In this document: piece by piece, positions 10,558 to 21,519 of the stretch
Position numbering within the stretch: position 1 is the stretch's first letter
Layout: each line of letters begins with the position of its first letter
Assembly: GCA_028534125.1 (NCBI GenBank)
Contig: CM052824.1
Location: 60,698,001 to 60,762,000 of the forward strand
Direction: 5' to 3'
DNA length: 64,000 bases
From: Lama glama
Lineage: Eukaryota
Notes under the pieces: generated by a model
The model's database searches: none
Told to the model about the DNA's origin: nothing
Seen by the model: the letters and a program-made list of their open reading frames with translations, nothing else
Program-made: the position numbers and the translations under genes

Positions 10558-13500
10558 GTGAGTGGGCCTTCCCTCCCCTCTGCCTTTACCTGGTGGCCCT
10601 TGCCATTTGGAAACCACAGCCAGGTTTAGAAGGCTAGGGAGCTTGAGCTCGACTTTGGCATTTTAAAGTAACATTTTGTGCTTAGAACGTTGGCAAAGGG
10701 CAGTGACTGCGTGAGGATCAGCCAGAGGACGCAGTGCTACGGATCTGGGGGTCGACCTGCTGGCTGACAGGTCTGGGGTCTCCTGACCTCCACCCCTCAG
10801 ACTCTACAGCAGGAGGGTAGGGAGGCTCTACCTGGGTCCACCCTGACATCCGGGAACCTGGTGGTGACTGACTTCCCGGGGCTGAGACCACCTCCAGGTT
10901 CAGGTGGGCTGTAGGTCACTGAGCACCTTCCCAGAGGTAGATTGCTGGTTTTAAAAGTGAAAATCGTCTCTGTCTAGAGATGTTTTTTTTCTTTCAAAAA
11001 ATCAAATGTATACATTATACCCTTTCTAAGTAAGGATGATGGAATTCGATTTTGATGAGAAGTCCCAGCTGCTCAGCTTTGGGCCACGAGTCACACAGCC
11101 GAGGACATAGGTGTGGGGGGATCATGGGGGTCAGGGTGGAAGAAGCTTGGTCGGGCAAAGGGAATGGACAGCAGGTTTCGGTAGTCAGACCCGTTCTGCA
11201 TTGGACATCCAGTGGCCTGGAGACGTGTGTTGTTACGAGCGCTGCCCCTCGTCTTCCAGAAACAAAACGGCCCCGGAGGGTGAAGGGAGTGGCTTCTAGA
11301 GCTAGAAGCTGTCCAACCAGTTATCAAAACATGTGGCAGAAAACCGCGGCACAGGAGAGAAGAAACCCTGACTTAAGTCAAACATCCAGGCTCCTCCAGG
11401 CAGTGAGGTTTATTTCATTGGAACCTGACGTGGGGTGGGCACTGCCTCTCCACACCGCTCCCAGATGGCTCACGGGGGGGGGGGGCGGAGAGGGCGAGGT
11501 GGTGGCTGTCCTCAGGGCGCCTGTGCCCGGGCGAAGCCCCCAGCCGGCACAGGTCGGGCTGGGCGGGACAGGAGGTGCTGCAGCCGCGCTGAGGTGCCTG
11601 GTGCTCTGAGTAGCCCTGGAGAATCTGCAAGCCATCGCCAGACTCAGCGTCTCGCCCAGCACCCTCCTGCCTGCACTGATGCCTCAGCATGGCTGTGGCT
11701 GCAGGTGCCGACTCCCCTGCCCTTCCTGAGGGCTCGGTGAGCACTTCTTAAAACGCAAAGTCCCCTTGGATCACACCTGTCAAAAGACATCAAGGAGCAG
11801 AAACACCTTTGGAAGCCCTGGAGGGAGGGCAGCTTTCCTGGCAGAGCCCTTGGGTTCCTGATGCTGTCGGGGCACCCTGGCCCCTCCTCCCGTTCCAGGG
11901 GAGCCTTTTGTCCTTGGATCGCTTACTTTCCTACCAAGAAAGGATTCCCAGAGACACCAGAGGGAAGTCGGAAAGTTCCGGTTCTGAGCTGTTTCAGCAG
12001 TTAGATTGAGGCTTGGCAGAGTGCCTTGGCTTTTCAGAGTAGGGGGAAGTGCCGTTGGGGCTGGGTCTCTGCATGCCTGGAATGCTTCCAGCGTGGCCCT
12101 CCTGTGATTAAAAAGGAGAGGCCACACCCCCTCAAGGCTACAGGATAACCTGGAGACAACAGAAGTCCCCATGCCGGATGCAGGGGCTCACACCCCTCAG
12201 GACCCTAGGGCAGGGAGTCTGGGCCCTGGGAGGGTCCAGGTTAGGGCTGGACATAGACATGCGACTGTTGTGTTGTCTCGTGATTGTCTCTAGAAAAACA
12301 CTTGCTTTCAGTGATGCTCGGGAATTATTTGACCAGAGACAGATGCCATCAGAGCAGCGGGAGCGGTGGCACTGGTCAGCAGGAGGCGCCAGCAGCCTGG
12401 ACGCCTCTGGCAGAGCAGTGGGATGAGCTCTCTTCTTTCTAGAAGTCTCGGTGTCTGCGGGTCACTCAGAACCACTTGTCCTCCAATGTGAGGGCAGCCA
12501 CAAAGTGGACTCAATGGCCCCGTGTGAATGCCGTCCCCTCGCTGCACGCTCAGATACTCTGTTTTCTGCTACCCGGGAGTCACAGAGGCGGTTGGGAGAT
12601 TAGCTCCTCCAGGCCAAGTGATGTGAAGACGTGGAAACCCAAGTGTGAGCCGTGTCCCCGTGTCTATGTCGATGCCCAGGCGGGGGTCTCTCCAGCTCCG
12701 AGGCCCCTTAAGCCCCTGGGTACCTGTTCATGTTCAGAAGGTTCAGGAGGGTCGCGGGCTGAGCCCCGTCTCCCGCAGCCGTGCCGGCCTCCACACCTGG
12801 GTGCGTGCGCGGGTGGGAGGCAAGGCTGCGGTGATGCCAGCTGAGGTGGAAGCACAGTGCGTGAGAGACCCAGCGACAGCTCTTTTGGGTGGGGGTCTGA
12901 AGGAATCCCGGAGGGTGCCTCCCACCCGTGGGACACTGTCTGGAGATCCCTGGACAAGGTGACCTGGTCCGGGTCTTAGGGTGTCTGGCAGCCTCGGAGG
13001 AAGCACATGCAGGGGCAGGCTCCAGGATGGGCCGAGGGGCCCCCGGGGCCCCAGGGCGGCACGGGCCGGCATCTGTGAGTGCTGCAGGGGCAGCGGAAGG
13101 CACCCACACCAGTGCGGCTCCGGCTCCGGCGAGCAGCAGTGCGGGGGGTTAGGTTGGGTGAACGGCCGGCGCCTTAGTCCTGGGGTGGCTGTGGAAGGAC
13201 GTCATTCCTGACTTGGTGCCTGGACGCAGTGGCTCCAGGGAAGCGGCTCTCCATCCTGGCTGCTGAACTCTGGCTGGTTGACTAGGACAGCCCTGGAGGC
13301 GGCGGAGGACAGACCACGGCGGGAGGTCTCTGCAGGTGGAGAGAGGGGCACAGGCTGGCCGGCCAGCCGCCTCTGCGGAGGGCCCTGCAGCCTCGGAGGA
13401 TCCTGGCAGAACACGGAGTGGATGTGATGACCACGTGTGAATGCCACGTGTGGATCCCGGTGTTTGGCCAGGACTCTGGCTAGGCCCCTAGGCAGCCTCT

Positions 13501-14827
13501 CAGCCCGGCTGCTGGAAGAGCCTCGTTGGGAGAGTGGTTGGCTTGAGACTTGGCAGGTGGCTCTGCTCTGTGCAGTGCAGGGTCCCTGGCCACTCTGGTG
13601 TGGATGAGCCACAGGAGTGAGTGGCCTTGGGCTGCTGGAGTGGAGCAGAACCCGAGGGTCCAGGCACTCCCTGCACGTGCCAGGTCGGGGGGCGGGGGCC
13701 ATGGGGGACAGTCTCAGAGTGGAGAGGGTCCTCACTGGGGCTGCTGGGCCTGTCCGGGGCACGAGAAGGGGCCTGGACCAATGCTGGCCAACAGCAGGAG
13801 GCCTGGGTGCTGAGGGGAGGCCGGCTCCGGGTGGAGCCCAGGTGGCAGGTGGACACAGGCCCCTTGGGTCTGGGCTTGAGTCTGGGTGAAGGCGCTCGCT
13901 CAGCTCCCCCAGTTCTGCAGGGAGTCACAGCCTCTAGCACAGGGGAGACTGTCAGTCATCCCTGACCGTCCCTCCTCCCTGGGGTCAGGTGAGGTCAGGG
14001 ATGGAAGGCACCTGCTCTGTGACATGCATCAGACCTCTCCCCACCCCCGCCAGACACTGAGGGGGCTGACCCGCAGGCCTCGGGGCCCCCAGGACCGTGG
14101 TTGGCAGCCCACGTTGACTGAATCCTGTCCTCAGAGGAGCCAAGTCCCTCTGAGTAAAGAACAAATTCCCTGACCTGAGGTGCACACCCCTTTGTCCACT
14201 CTGTTCTGCTGCCTTGCAGTGCCTGCTGTCCTGGGACATCCGCCTTCCCGCCTTCTCTTTTCCAGTTGCCAAGCAGGGTGGTTTGTGTCGAAGGGAAGGG
14301 ACACCCAGTCACATGCTGCAGACACACCTGATGGAGTTGTCTGCTGACGAGACAGCTCCTACCGGGGAGGGCTCCGGGGTTAGGAGGGACTCCACCCTCT
14401 ACCTGGAGGGGCCCTGGCCGGCCCCCGGCGCTGCGGTCCGGCCGGCCTGTCTGTCGATGCCTGTACCGCAGGCCGGCTCTCAGGCCCTGCGAGCTGCGAG
14501 GTCCTCATGCTGGGAGGGTCCCAGAAGTCCTAGAGGCTCAACCAGACACAGGGTGTCCCCTGCCAGGCTCAGGGGTGAGCCTGGGCGTGTGTATCTGACA
14601 AGCCCTCTGGGCACCCTGCAGACCTGGGAGCTGGGGAACAGGATTTGGAAAGGCTTTCTGCTTGGTGGGGCCCCTCCTCCTGGACCCTCCCCTTGTTTCT
14701 CTCTGGCCGGCCTTTGGTGTGGCTGGCACACCCAGAAAGGGCATGAAAGTGTGAGACAGGTGCTCCAACCAGGTGCCCTTCTGTGTGGCCAGCTTCTTCT
14801 CTGTGAGCGACCCTCTCTTCCTTGCAG

Positions 14828-14900
14828 GCTGGCCCCGTCGGACATCGACAGCCATCTGGCTCAGTGCCTGGCGGAGAGCACGGACGACGTGGTGTGGTGA
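14828..14900 (+). CDS. FAAP20: FAAP20 coding exon 4 (LAPSDIDSHLAQCLAESTDDVVW*), UBZ C-terminal half
   Basis: Polypyrimidine tract plus TTGCAG|G. Encodes DSHLAQCL (His/Cys zinc ligands) and the terminal Trp. TGA ends at 14900. Joined CDS is 519 nt = 172 aa + stop. Confidence 0.96.
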
Positions 14901-14974
14901 GCCCTTCCCGGCCCCGCGGCTTCTCCTCCACCTGCGAGACCACGTCCTCTGCTTCCCGTGCTAAGAAGCTACAC

Positions 14975-14980
14975 ATTAAA
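14975..14980 (+). terminator. FAAP20 polyadenylation signal (ATTAAA)
   Basis: ATTAAA 75 nt after the stop codon, followed by GT-rich sequence. Confidence 0.7.
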
Positions 14981-15199
14981 ACGTGTCAGTGTGAAGTGCT
15001 CGTATCTCCGTGTGTGCAGACCGAAGCATTGGGTCCTTTTTCCTCTGTGGCTGTCGCTGAGCAGAGTGATGGCCAAGGTCGGGAAACGGACAGGGCCGCC
15101 TGGCAGAGGACCCGCCTGGGCAGGTTAGCGGGGACAGCCTCACGGGCAGTACGGGTATTTGTGCCCGAGTTGGCCTGAGTGCGGACATGGTGCTCACTG

Positions 15200-15745
15200 T
15201 GGCGCTCGGTGAAAGATGCCCGTCTGAAAGGCTACGGACTATGCGATTCCAGCCATAGGACACCCGAGAAAAGGCAGAACTGTGGAGACGATACAGATTG
15301 GCGGTTGCCAGAGGTCACTGGGGAGGGAGGGTTAAACAGGCAGAGCACAGGACTTTGAGGGCAGTGGAAATACTCCAGGTGGACCACAGCGGTGGATGCG
15401 TGAGACACACGTCAAACGTGGGTCCAGACCCACACTCAGTGCCGGTTCAGCAGTTGTTTTTTAATAGCTTTGTAAAGAAATTCTTTTTTGGTGGAAAATT
15501 AAGTTTATTTATTTTTAATGGAGGGACTGGGGACTGAAGCCAGGACCTCCTGCATGCTAAGCACACACTCCACCACTGAGCTCTGCCCTCCCCCGATTCA
15601 TCGGCTGTAACAAATGCACCCTGTGTGGAGAGGGGATGTTGATGGTGGGGAGGCTGTGGGGGGGGCAGGGATCCGAGACCTCTCTGTACCCACCTGTCAC
15701 TTTTGCTGTGAACCTAAAACTGCTCTTAAAGTGTTTTTATTAAAA
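15200..15745 (+). mobile_element. Old L1 (L1MC-like) 3' end, interrupted by the SINE
   Basis: Recognisable L1M 3' UTR motifs: GTGG/GCGGTTGCCAGAGG, TGTAACAAATGCACC, TTTTGCTGTGAACCTAAAACTGCTCT. Subfamily from recall. Confidence 0.75.
15458..15594 (-). mobile_element. tRNA-derived SINE, Vic-1-like (camelid)
   Basis: The minus strand reads GGGGAGGGCAGAGCTCAGTGGTGGAGTGTGTGCTTAGCATGCAGGAGGTCCTGGCTTCAGTCCCCAGT, with A- and B-box-like motifs and then an A-rich tail. Flanked by degenerate 14-bp direct repeats (15444-15457 and 15595-15608). Confidence 0.85.
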
Positions 15746-17536
15746 TGGCTTCAACAGCCTTGGCTTCCTGGAGACACTTTTAATGAAAAGAGTAACAGTC
15801 AGCATTGTCGTTAAAGTTTTTAATGAGTGTGCAAGACAGGAGCGGGCGTGGCTGTTGGGGACACTCACCCGTGGAGGGAGAGCTGCCAGCCACTCACTCA
15901 TCGTATAAAACCACCAGGACGCGTCTGCCGCTTTACAATCGTGGCGTCACCCGTTTCCAAAAACTGTTCCGAAAGGACACACACCTCGTTGTGACTGGAG
16001 CTGTTCGAAAATGTTAGGATTTGTTTCCAAACCCCATCTCGGTACGCCCTTCACCTTTACATTAGGAAACAATTGACTGTGAGATCTCCCTTGACCGTGA
16101 GCACAGGTTACACACGTTTTGTACACGAGCAACCACACTGGTAACCGGGAAGCTATTTGGCAACATGGCAACATTGGAATAAATGCTGAAGTTTGAGCAA
16201 ATCCAGAGCCCCTGTACTGTTGGAGCAAAGATGTCACCAACGCAGCAAGTGACCCCTCTGGGGAGCAGGGGGCTCTGAGGCCACTTGTCACCGCTCCATG
16301 GGCACACTGGGGTCTCCCTCCCCAGGTGACACCAGCAGGTCCCAGTGCTCCCTGGTCACGAGTGACTGCATAGCCCTCAGGCCCAGCTCTGTGACTGGCG
16401 TCCCTGCTGGGCCAACACCCATGAGACCCACAAGTCGGCTCACAGACTGCTCTGTGTCCCCAGGTTTTGTCTCTGGAGGCAGGTCTTCCTGGTACAACTG
16501 GGGGTTGGACGAACGCTGGAAACAAGTCTCCACGTCCCACAGACGCTGCTCTGCAACCCAGGGTGGCTCAGGGCGCGAGGGACCTGGGGTCTTGGGGACA
16601 CCGACCTGGTGCTGCACCACAAGGAGCTGCAGCCTGAGCGTGGGGAGGGGTGGGCTGCATTTGCAGAACGAGGCCCAGGGGCTGCATGGTGATGCAGGCC
16701 ATGTGCACACGGAGGATGTCAAGTACTTGTCCCTGGGACTTGGTCCCAATGGCGGACAAGAGCCCCGCCAGTGCTCTCGGGGACTCGCCTCACCTGACAT
16801 GTTGGGGACTTAAAAAACCCAGATGGTTTACCTCTTCCTGGAAAACCCTCAGTTTGGCTTTTCACCTAAGGAAGGTGACCAAGTGACAAGTGCCCCTGCA
16901 GAGGACACCGGAAGTAGGAGGGGAGGGGAGCCGTGTCAGGAAGGTGCAGGATGGCTGAGAGCGTCCTGCACTTGCTGCTGAGCTTTAAGGCTGGGGCCCG
17001 TCACACACACGTCTCCTTGAAATGCCTAGTTCTGAGTGTCAGCCTTACGGATAAAAATGTTTTCCAAAACTCTGATCGGTAACACAAGACATCACGGAAG
17101 CACTGCTTCATGTTTCCAGAAATATATTTTGTGCAGACTGAGTTTTCAATTTGTTTCTTTTTTCTTTTGGTCTCTGGGTGCTTTGGTGAGCTCCACGCTG
17201 CAGAACCTCTAAGATCCACTTTTCCTCACTGGGGTCTACCGCCCTGGTGGGGACCAGCGGGCCATCTGGTGAAGGTGTGACTGGGGCGTTAGGCCACATG
17301 GCTACTTACACGCTCTGTAGGAAAGTTCTGTTAAATGTTAACAACTGGAACTTACCGGGGCTTAGAAAATGTTCCAGATTTGTTAAAAATTCTTCACTGC
17401 AGTGGATCCCTGCTGCAGGCACCTAAGCTCCCATCCCGCCCACATGCCAACCGCGCCTCCTCCGTGCCTGCGACGTGGGCAGGCGCCACGCGCGGAAAAA
17501 AGGCATGAGAGGGAAGCTTCGACAGCATCGGGACAC

Positions 17537-17542
17537 TTTATT
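17537..17542 (-). terminator. PRKCZ polyadenylation signal (AATAAA)
   Basis: TTTATT on the + strand about 340 nt past the PRKCZ stop; T-rich sequence follows on the - strand. Confidence 0.8.
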
Positions 17543-17880
17543 CCTCACGACATTACAGGCTAGCTCTCCCGGTGGAGCAGGTCAGTTCTGTTTCTGTGGG
17601 AAGTGTGCACCTTCGAAATCGGGGGACAGTTTCTCCCTCACACACGTCACCGCGGGTCTTCCGCGGCGCAGGCACGAGAAGCGAATTCCTCCAGCACGAG
17701 GCGGCGTGCGACCCGGACGAGGGGCTGCTCCGCCCCGCAGCCCCTCCGTGGTCCAGGCCCGGGGGCGAGTCCTCCCGGCCGCGCCCGGGCGTCGTGCCCA
17801 GCCTGGCATGCATACGCTGTGGTTAAGGACAGAGTCAGGGGCCATTCACGGACGTGTCCACGACGGAGAACACGGACGCC

Positions 17881-17968
17881 TCACACGGACTCCTCGGTGG
17901 ACAGCAGCAGCGGGTTGATGTACTCAAACCCTTCGAACTCCGACTGGTCGATCCTCTTGATCACATCT
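17881..17968 (-). CDS. PRKCZ: PRKCZ exon 18 coding part ([28 protein letters not shown])
   Basis: aPKC hydrophobic motif FEGFEY and C-terminal EESV. AG acceptor at 17970-17969. TGA at 17883-17881. 88 nt. Confidence 0.97.
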
Positions 17969-18099
17969 CTGCAAGGGCCGGAGAGAGCAGGGTGGGCGCC
18001 ACGTGAGACCCCGCCCCCGCGGCTCAGGATGCCCCGCCCCGCCCCCACGCCCACGCGAGGCTCCCCGCAGCCCCGCACGCCCCACTCCAGCAGCCTTAC

Positions 18100-18215
18100 T
18101 CGTCGTCGGGAGTCAGCTGCACCGGCTCGCTGGTGAACTGCGTATCGAAGTTGTCCAGACCGTAGTCGTCGGTAATCTGTGGCTGGAAGGGCGGGAGCGC
18201 CTGCTTCTTCCCCAG
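18100..18215 (-). CDS. PRKCZ: PRKCZ exon 17 ([39 protein letters not shown])
   Basis: AGC C-tail NFD motif and turn motif LTP. 116 nt with AG/GT boundaries. Confidence 0.96.
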
Positions 18216-20921
18216 CTGGGGAGAACAACACGGTGGTCAGACCAGTGCGTGCTCCGGCTCTAGCGCCGGACTTAGATTCTGCACATACTCAACCAGAGTC
18301 GAACAGGAAGAGACGGCGTTTAAATACCCTCATGTTTGAATGCCGATTGCTTTTTTCTAGGAGAAATTTTTTCCGAAGGCAGAAAAGTCCTGAAGAGTGC
18401 CGGCAGTGCAAGCCCGTGGGCCTGGTACCTGGGATGCAGCACCAAGGCCAACCGCCTGCGCAGGAAACCGGCCCCCACCGCAGGTCTGCACCCCCAGCAG
18501 CCGGCCACTTACACCAAACGAAGCTGGTTTGGGGAGTTTTACCCTTTGTTAATCTTGGAACCCTGATCATAAAGGAGCTGGGACTGGGCAGGTGGACCCC
18601 CACCCACGCCGGCGCTGGATGCGTCCCTGTCCTGCTGGGACTCCTCCTCCCGAAGACCAGCCATTTCCGACTACATCTCTAATCCCAGAGGGATGCACAG
18701 CAGTGAACTGCTGGTAAGGCAGGAAATGGGGCTTCTCAGGACCCAGGCTCTGGCTTCCAACTCACTGTTCACAAGGCTGAGACAGGCTCTGCCCAGGAAG
18801 GCAGACTTGACAGCCCGGGTAAGACGCGATTCAGCGCCATGCCCCGCCGGGCCAGCATATTCACACAGTTAGGTTCCCTCTCCCTCTCACCGGGTGTGCT
18901 GTGCACCTGTGCTGGGCCAGGTGTGCTCCTAAGAACCGAGACTGAGCCATGGCTGAGAGGCATGGTCCCTGCCCCATGGGGCCCTCATGCCAAGTCTGTT
19001 CCTGCCCACAGTAGCCACGTGAGGCTGGGAGCAGAGGGAATGCAGGAGCCAGCCCTCCCAGGCCGGACCTGGGCTCTCAGGACTCAGAGCAGCTTAATTC
19101 ACGAGACAGACGACCCAGGCCTTTCCCTTGGGAGGTCTGAGTGAGCACTGAGCCTGAAAACACCCGCCTTGTGGGGCCTCCACGCCTTCCATGCCAGGCC
19201 CCACCAGGTGGGACAGCAGCAGCCAAGTGGAAACTACGAGGACCCCAGCCCACCTCCGCTCACACCACGACTTTGCCACGTGGTGAAATTGTGGGGTCCG
19301 TGGTGGCGGGCATAGGGAGGAAAAGCCACCACCAAGGCCTGGGCTGAGCCTGCCATCACCGGCGGGACCTCTGAGGGCAGAGGGACCCCAGCCCCATTTT
19401 GTCAGAATGCCTCTTCCCCTCCTCTGTCCCCACATCCCCTCTTGTCTGCCCGGGAAGCAACCATGTTCCCCGGCATGACTTCAGTGTAAACACTGTTTGT
19501 AAGGAATAAGCCGTCGGTCCGTACACAGCCCATCGACCACTGCCTTCTGTTCACAGGGAGACGTTTAGTGATGAGATGGGGGCAAGGCCAGCACCAGGCC
19601 ACACCTGCTAACAGGCAGGGCCAGAAGTGACCAGGTGCCAGCTCAGGAGACGTGGCACCACACCCGCTGTGGCTCTCTCCGAGGCCCAAGGTCTGGCCGG
19701 AGCTGCAGCCGCGGGTGAGGTTCCCGTGCAGGTCCTTTCCAGCTTGGCGGGGTGAACGCCTGCGGAGCAGCACTGGGGCTGCACTTTGCAGAAGGCCCAC
19801 CTACCAGGGCCGTGGGCTCTGCCGCAGACTCCACTGGTCAAGAGCTGGGCTGCGGGGGTGGCCTGTATGGGGCCTGTGTGGGCCCAGCCAGCAGACAGCC
19901 CGGCGTCAGCACCCTCCCCCAGGCCAGGTGTGCCGAGCTGTACCCATAACGATTAGAAACCAGCCAGAACCCGGATTTCTTCTACTTTGTGCTAGCAGAA
20001 CAATAAAATTACAAGAAAAAAAATCCAAAGCTGGTGTTTTTCAAAGTGGCAATGCTCTGAATATCATTTCTGAGTATTTGCATCTAATAACTCCAAGCAA
20101 GAAGATGTCTGGTTCTGTTCTGAAACAACCCAGCTGGGCCCTGGATGGGCGTGTGGGTGGGGGCAGGTGCATGTTCTGACCCCTTGCCTCACCCCCCACT
20201 GGGGTCCTAGAACTGAGGGGCCTCGGTGCCTGGCTGCCTCCCCCCGCTTCCAGGGCCCCACAGAAGCACACCCGAAAGTCCCACGGCTGCAAAGGGACAG
20301 TGGCGGGAGGGAGTGGACAGGAGCTGCTGTGCCCATGGGGCTGCAGAAGGAAGGGCTGGGGGAGGGAGCGCCCCAGGGCCCAGAGCTTCTGAACTAGTTC
20401 CAGCTGAAGTCCAGCGTTTCCTTCATTAGCTATCTGGTCTTTTTTTCCCTCAAAAAACGTATTTTAAGGGTTAAAGATCAGTAACTCTGCAACTGTTTCT
20501 ATGTTTGGAAACAAATTAGGTTCTGTTTTCCTTTAACACCAGAAGCCTTAGCACTAAGGTCTTAGCGACTCCAGCTCTGAGCTCTCCGGCCGTGACCTGA
20601 GCAGGTTCTGGGATACAGAAAGGCGGGTGCTGGGAAACTAACCATGAAACCAAAGCACACGCCCTTGTCTGGGCACTGACTCTGCACAGAACCAGCTGGG
20701 ATCAAGCACGACCCCCAGGCCCCCGGAGCCGGCGTGGATGTCCAGGCAGGGCTTCCCCCAGGATCTTCTGGAAGTGCCAGCTCAGGAGCTTGTCACAGCC
20801 CCCCACCCTCCCTGTTCTCCATCCAGTATGAGTTCCCCCATCGCTCCCACACCCTCATATCTGTCTGTCCATCCTGCCCCAGGCCCGCCCACCCCGGGGA
20901 GCAGATCCTGGGGTGCTTTAC

Positions 20922-21011
20922 CAGGTCCCAGTCTATGCTGCGGAAGAAGGCGTGAGACTTGATGTCAGAAAATCCAGTCTGTGGCCGGCAGCCGAGCCTC
21001 TCCTTCGGGTC
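20922..21011 (-). CDS. PRKCZ: PRKCZ exon 16 (DPKERLGCRPQTGFSDIKSHAFFRSIDWDL)
   Basis: Kinase subdomain XI. 90 nt with AG/GT boundaries. Confidence 0.97.
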
Positions 21012-21143
21012 CTGGGGGTCAGAGTTCAAACAATGACAAGTCAGCACAGAGCAAAGCAGCCCCCGCTTCACAGCTGGTGCCGGACAGGGAACTGGCCTGC
21101 CCTCCCAGTCACTTAAAGGCCTTAAACCATCACTCATCATAGA

Positions 21144-21224
21144 AATGCAGATCTCCGCAGCGCAGAACCTGGGGAGAGGGTGGCACCCATCCTGAGCGGA
21201 GAGAGCCCGACAAGGGACCTGGAC
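21144..21224 (-). repeat. Dispersed duplicate of the PRKCZ intron 11/exon 12 junction (source 23751-23831)
   Basis: Ungapped 81-bp alignment with 9 mismatches (72/81), same orientation. Confidence 0.93.
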
Positions 21225-21439
21225 AGATGCTGAGCTGCTTTGCTAAATTCCTCTCTGGAGTAATTTCTCGTCATCATGTTTTGTCTGGGGTGAGTAAACA
21301 TTCAAACCCACCCCCAAGATGTCCAGGAGCTGATACCGGAGATGACCAGGGGGTGGAGCCTGGGCCCGATGCACTGTGAGAAAGGGCTCCAGGCCGGCAG
21401 CCCCGGACGGCACGGCTGCCATGGTGGCTGAGAACGTAC

Positions 21440-21519
21440 CTTGTTTAGAAATCCTTTCAAGACGTGGGATGCCTTGACCGAGAGGAAGCGGGGAATCCGG
21501 ATGGGCTTCTCCAGGATGA
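21440..21519 (-). CDS. PRKCZ: PRKCZ exon 15 (VILEKPIRIPRFLSVKASHVLKGFLNK)
   Basis: aPKC RIPR motif. 80 nt with AG/GT boundaries. Confidence 0.97.

Larger units (their letters stand above)
9480..10560. promoter_or_regulatory. CpG island / TATA-less promoter of FAAP20
   Basis: Very dense CpG. Repeated GC boxes (GGGGCGGGG at about 9704, 9722 and 9739) and an ETS/GABP-type CACTTCCG at 9766-9773 lie just upstream of ATG 9797. Boundaries approximate. Confidence 0.9.

Noticed and set aside
14214-14900. 228-aa ORF ending in the FAAP20 C-terminus
   Set aside because: Only the last 23 residues are FAAP20. A good acceptor at 14827 explains them, the ORF start is TTG, and the upstream part is intronic.
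15517-15594. tRNA-like sequence
   Set aside because: The B box is degenerate, and it has an A-rich tail and a target-site duplication; this is a SINE, not a tRNA gene.
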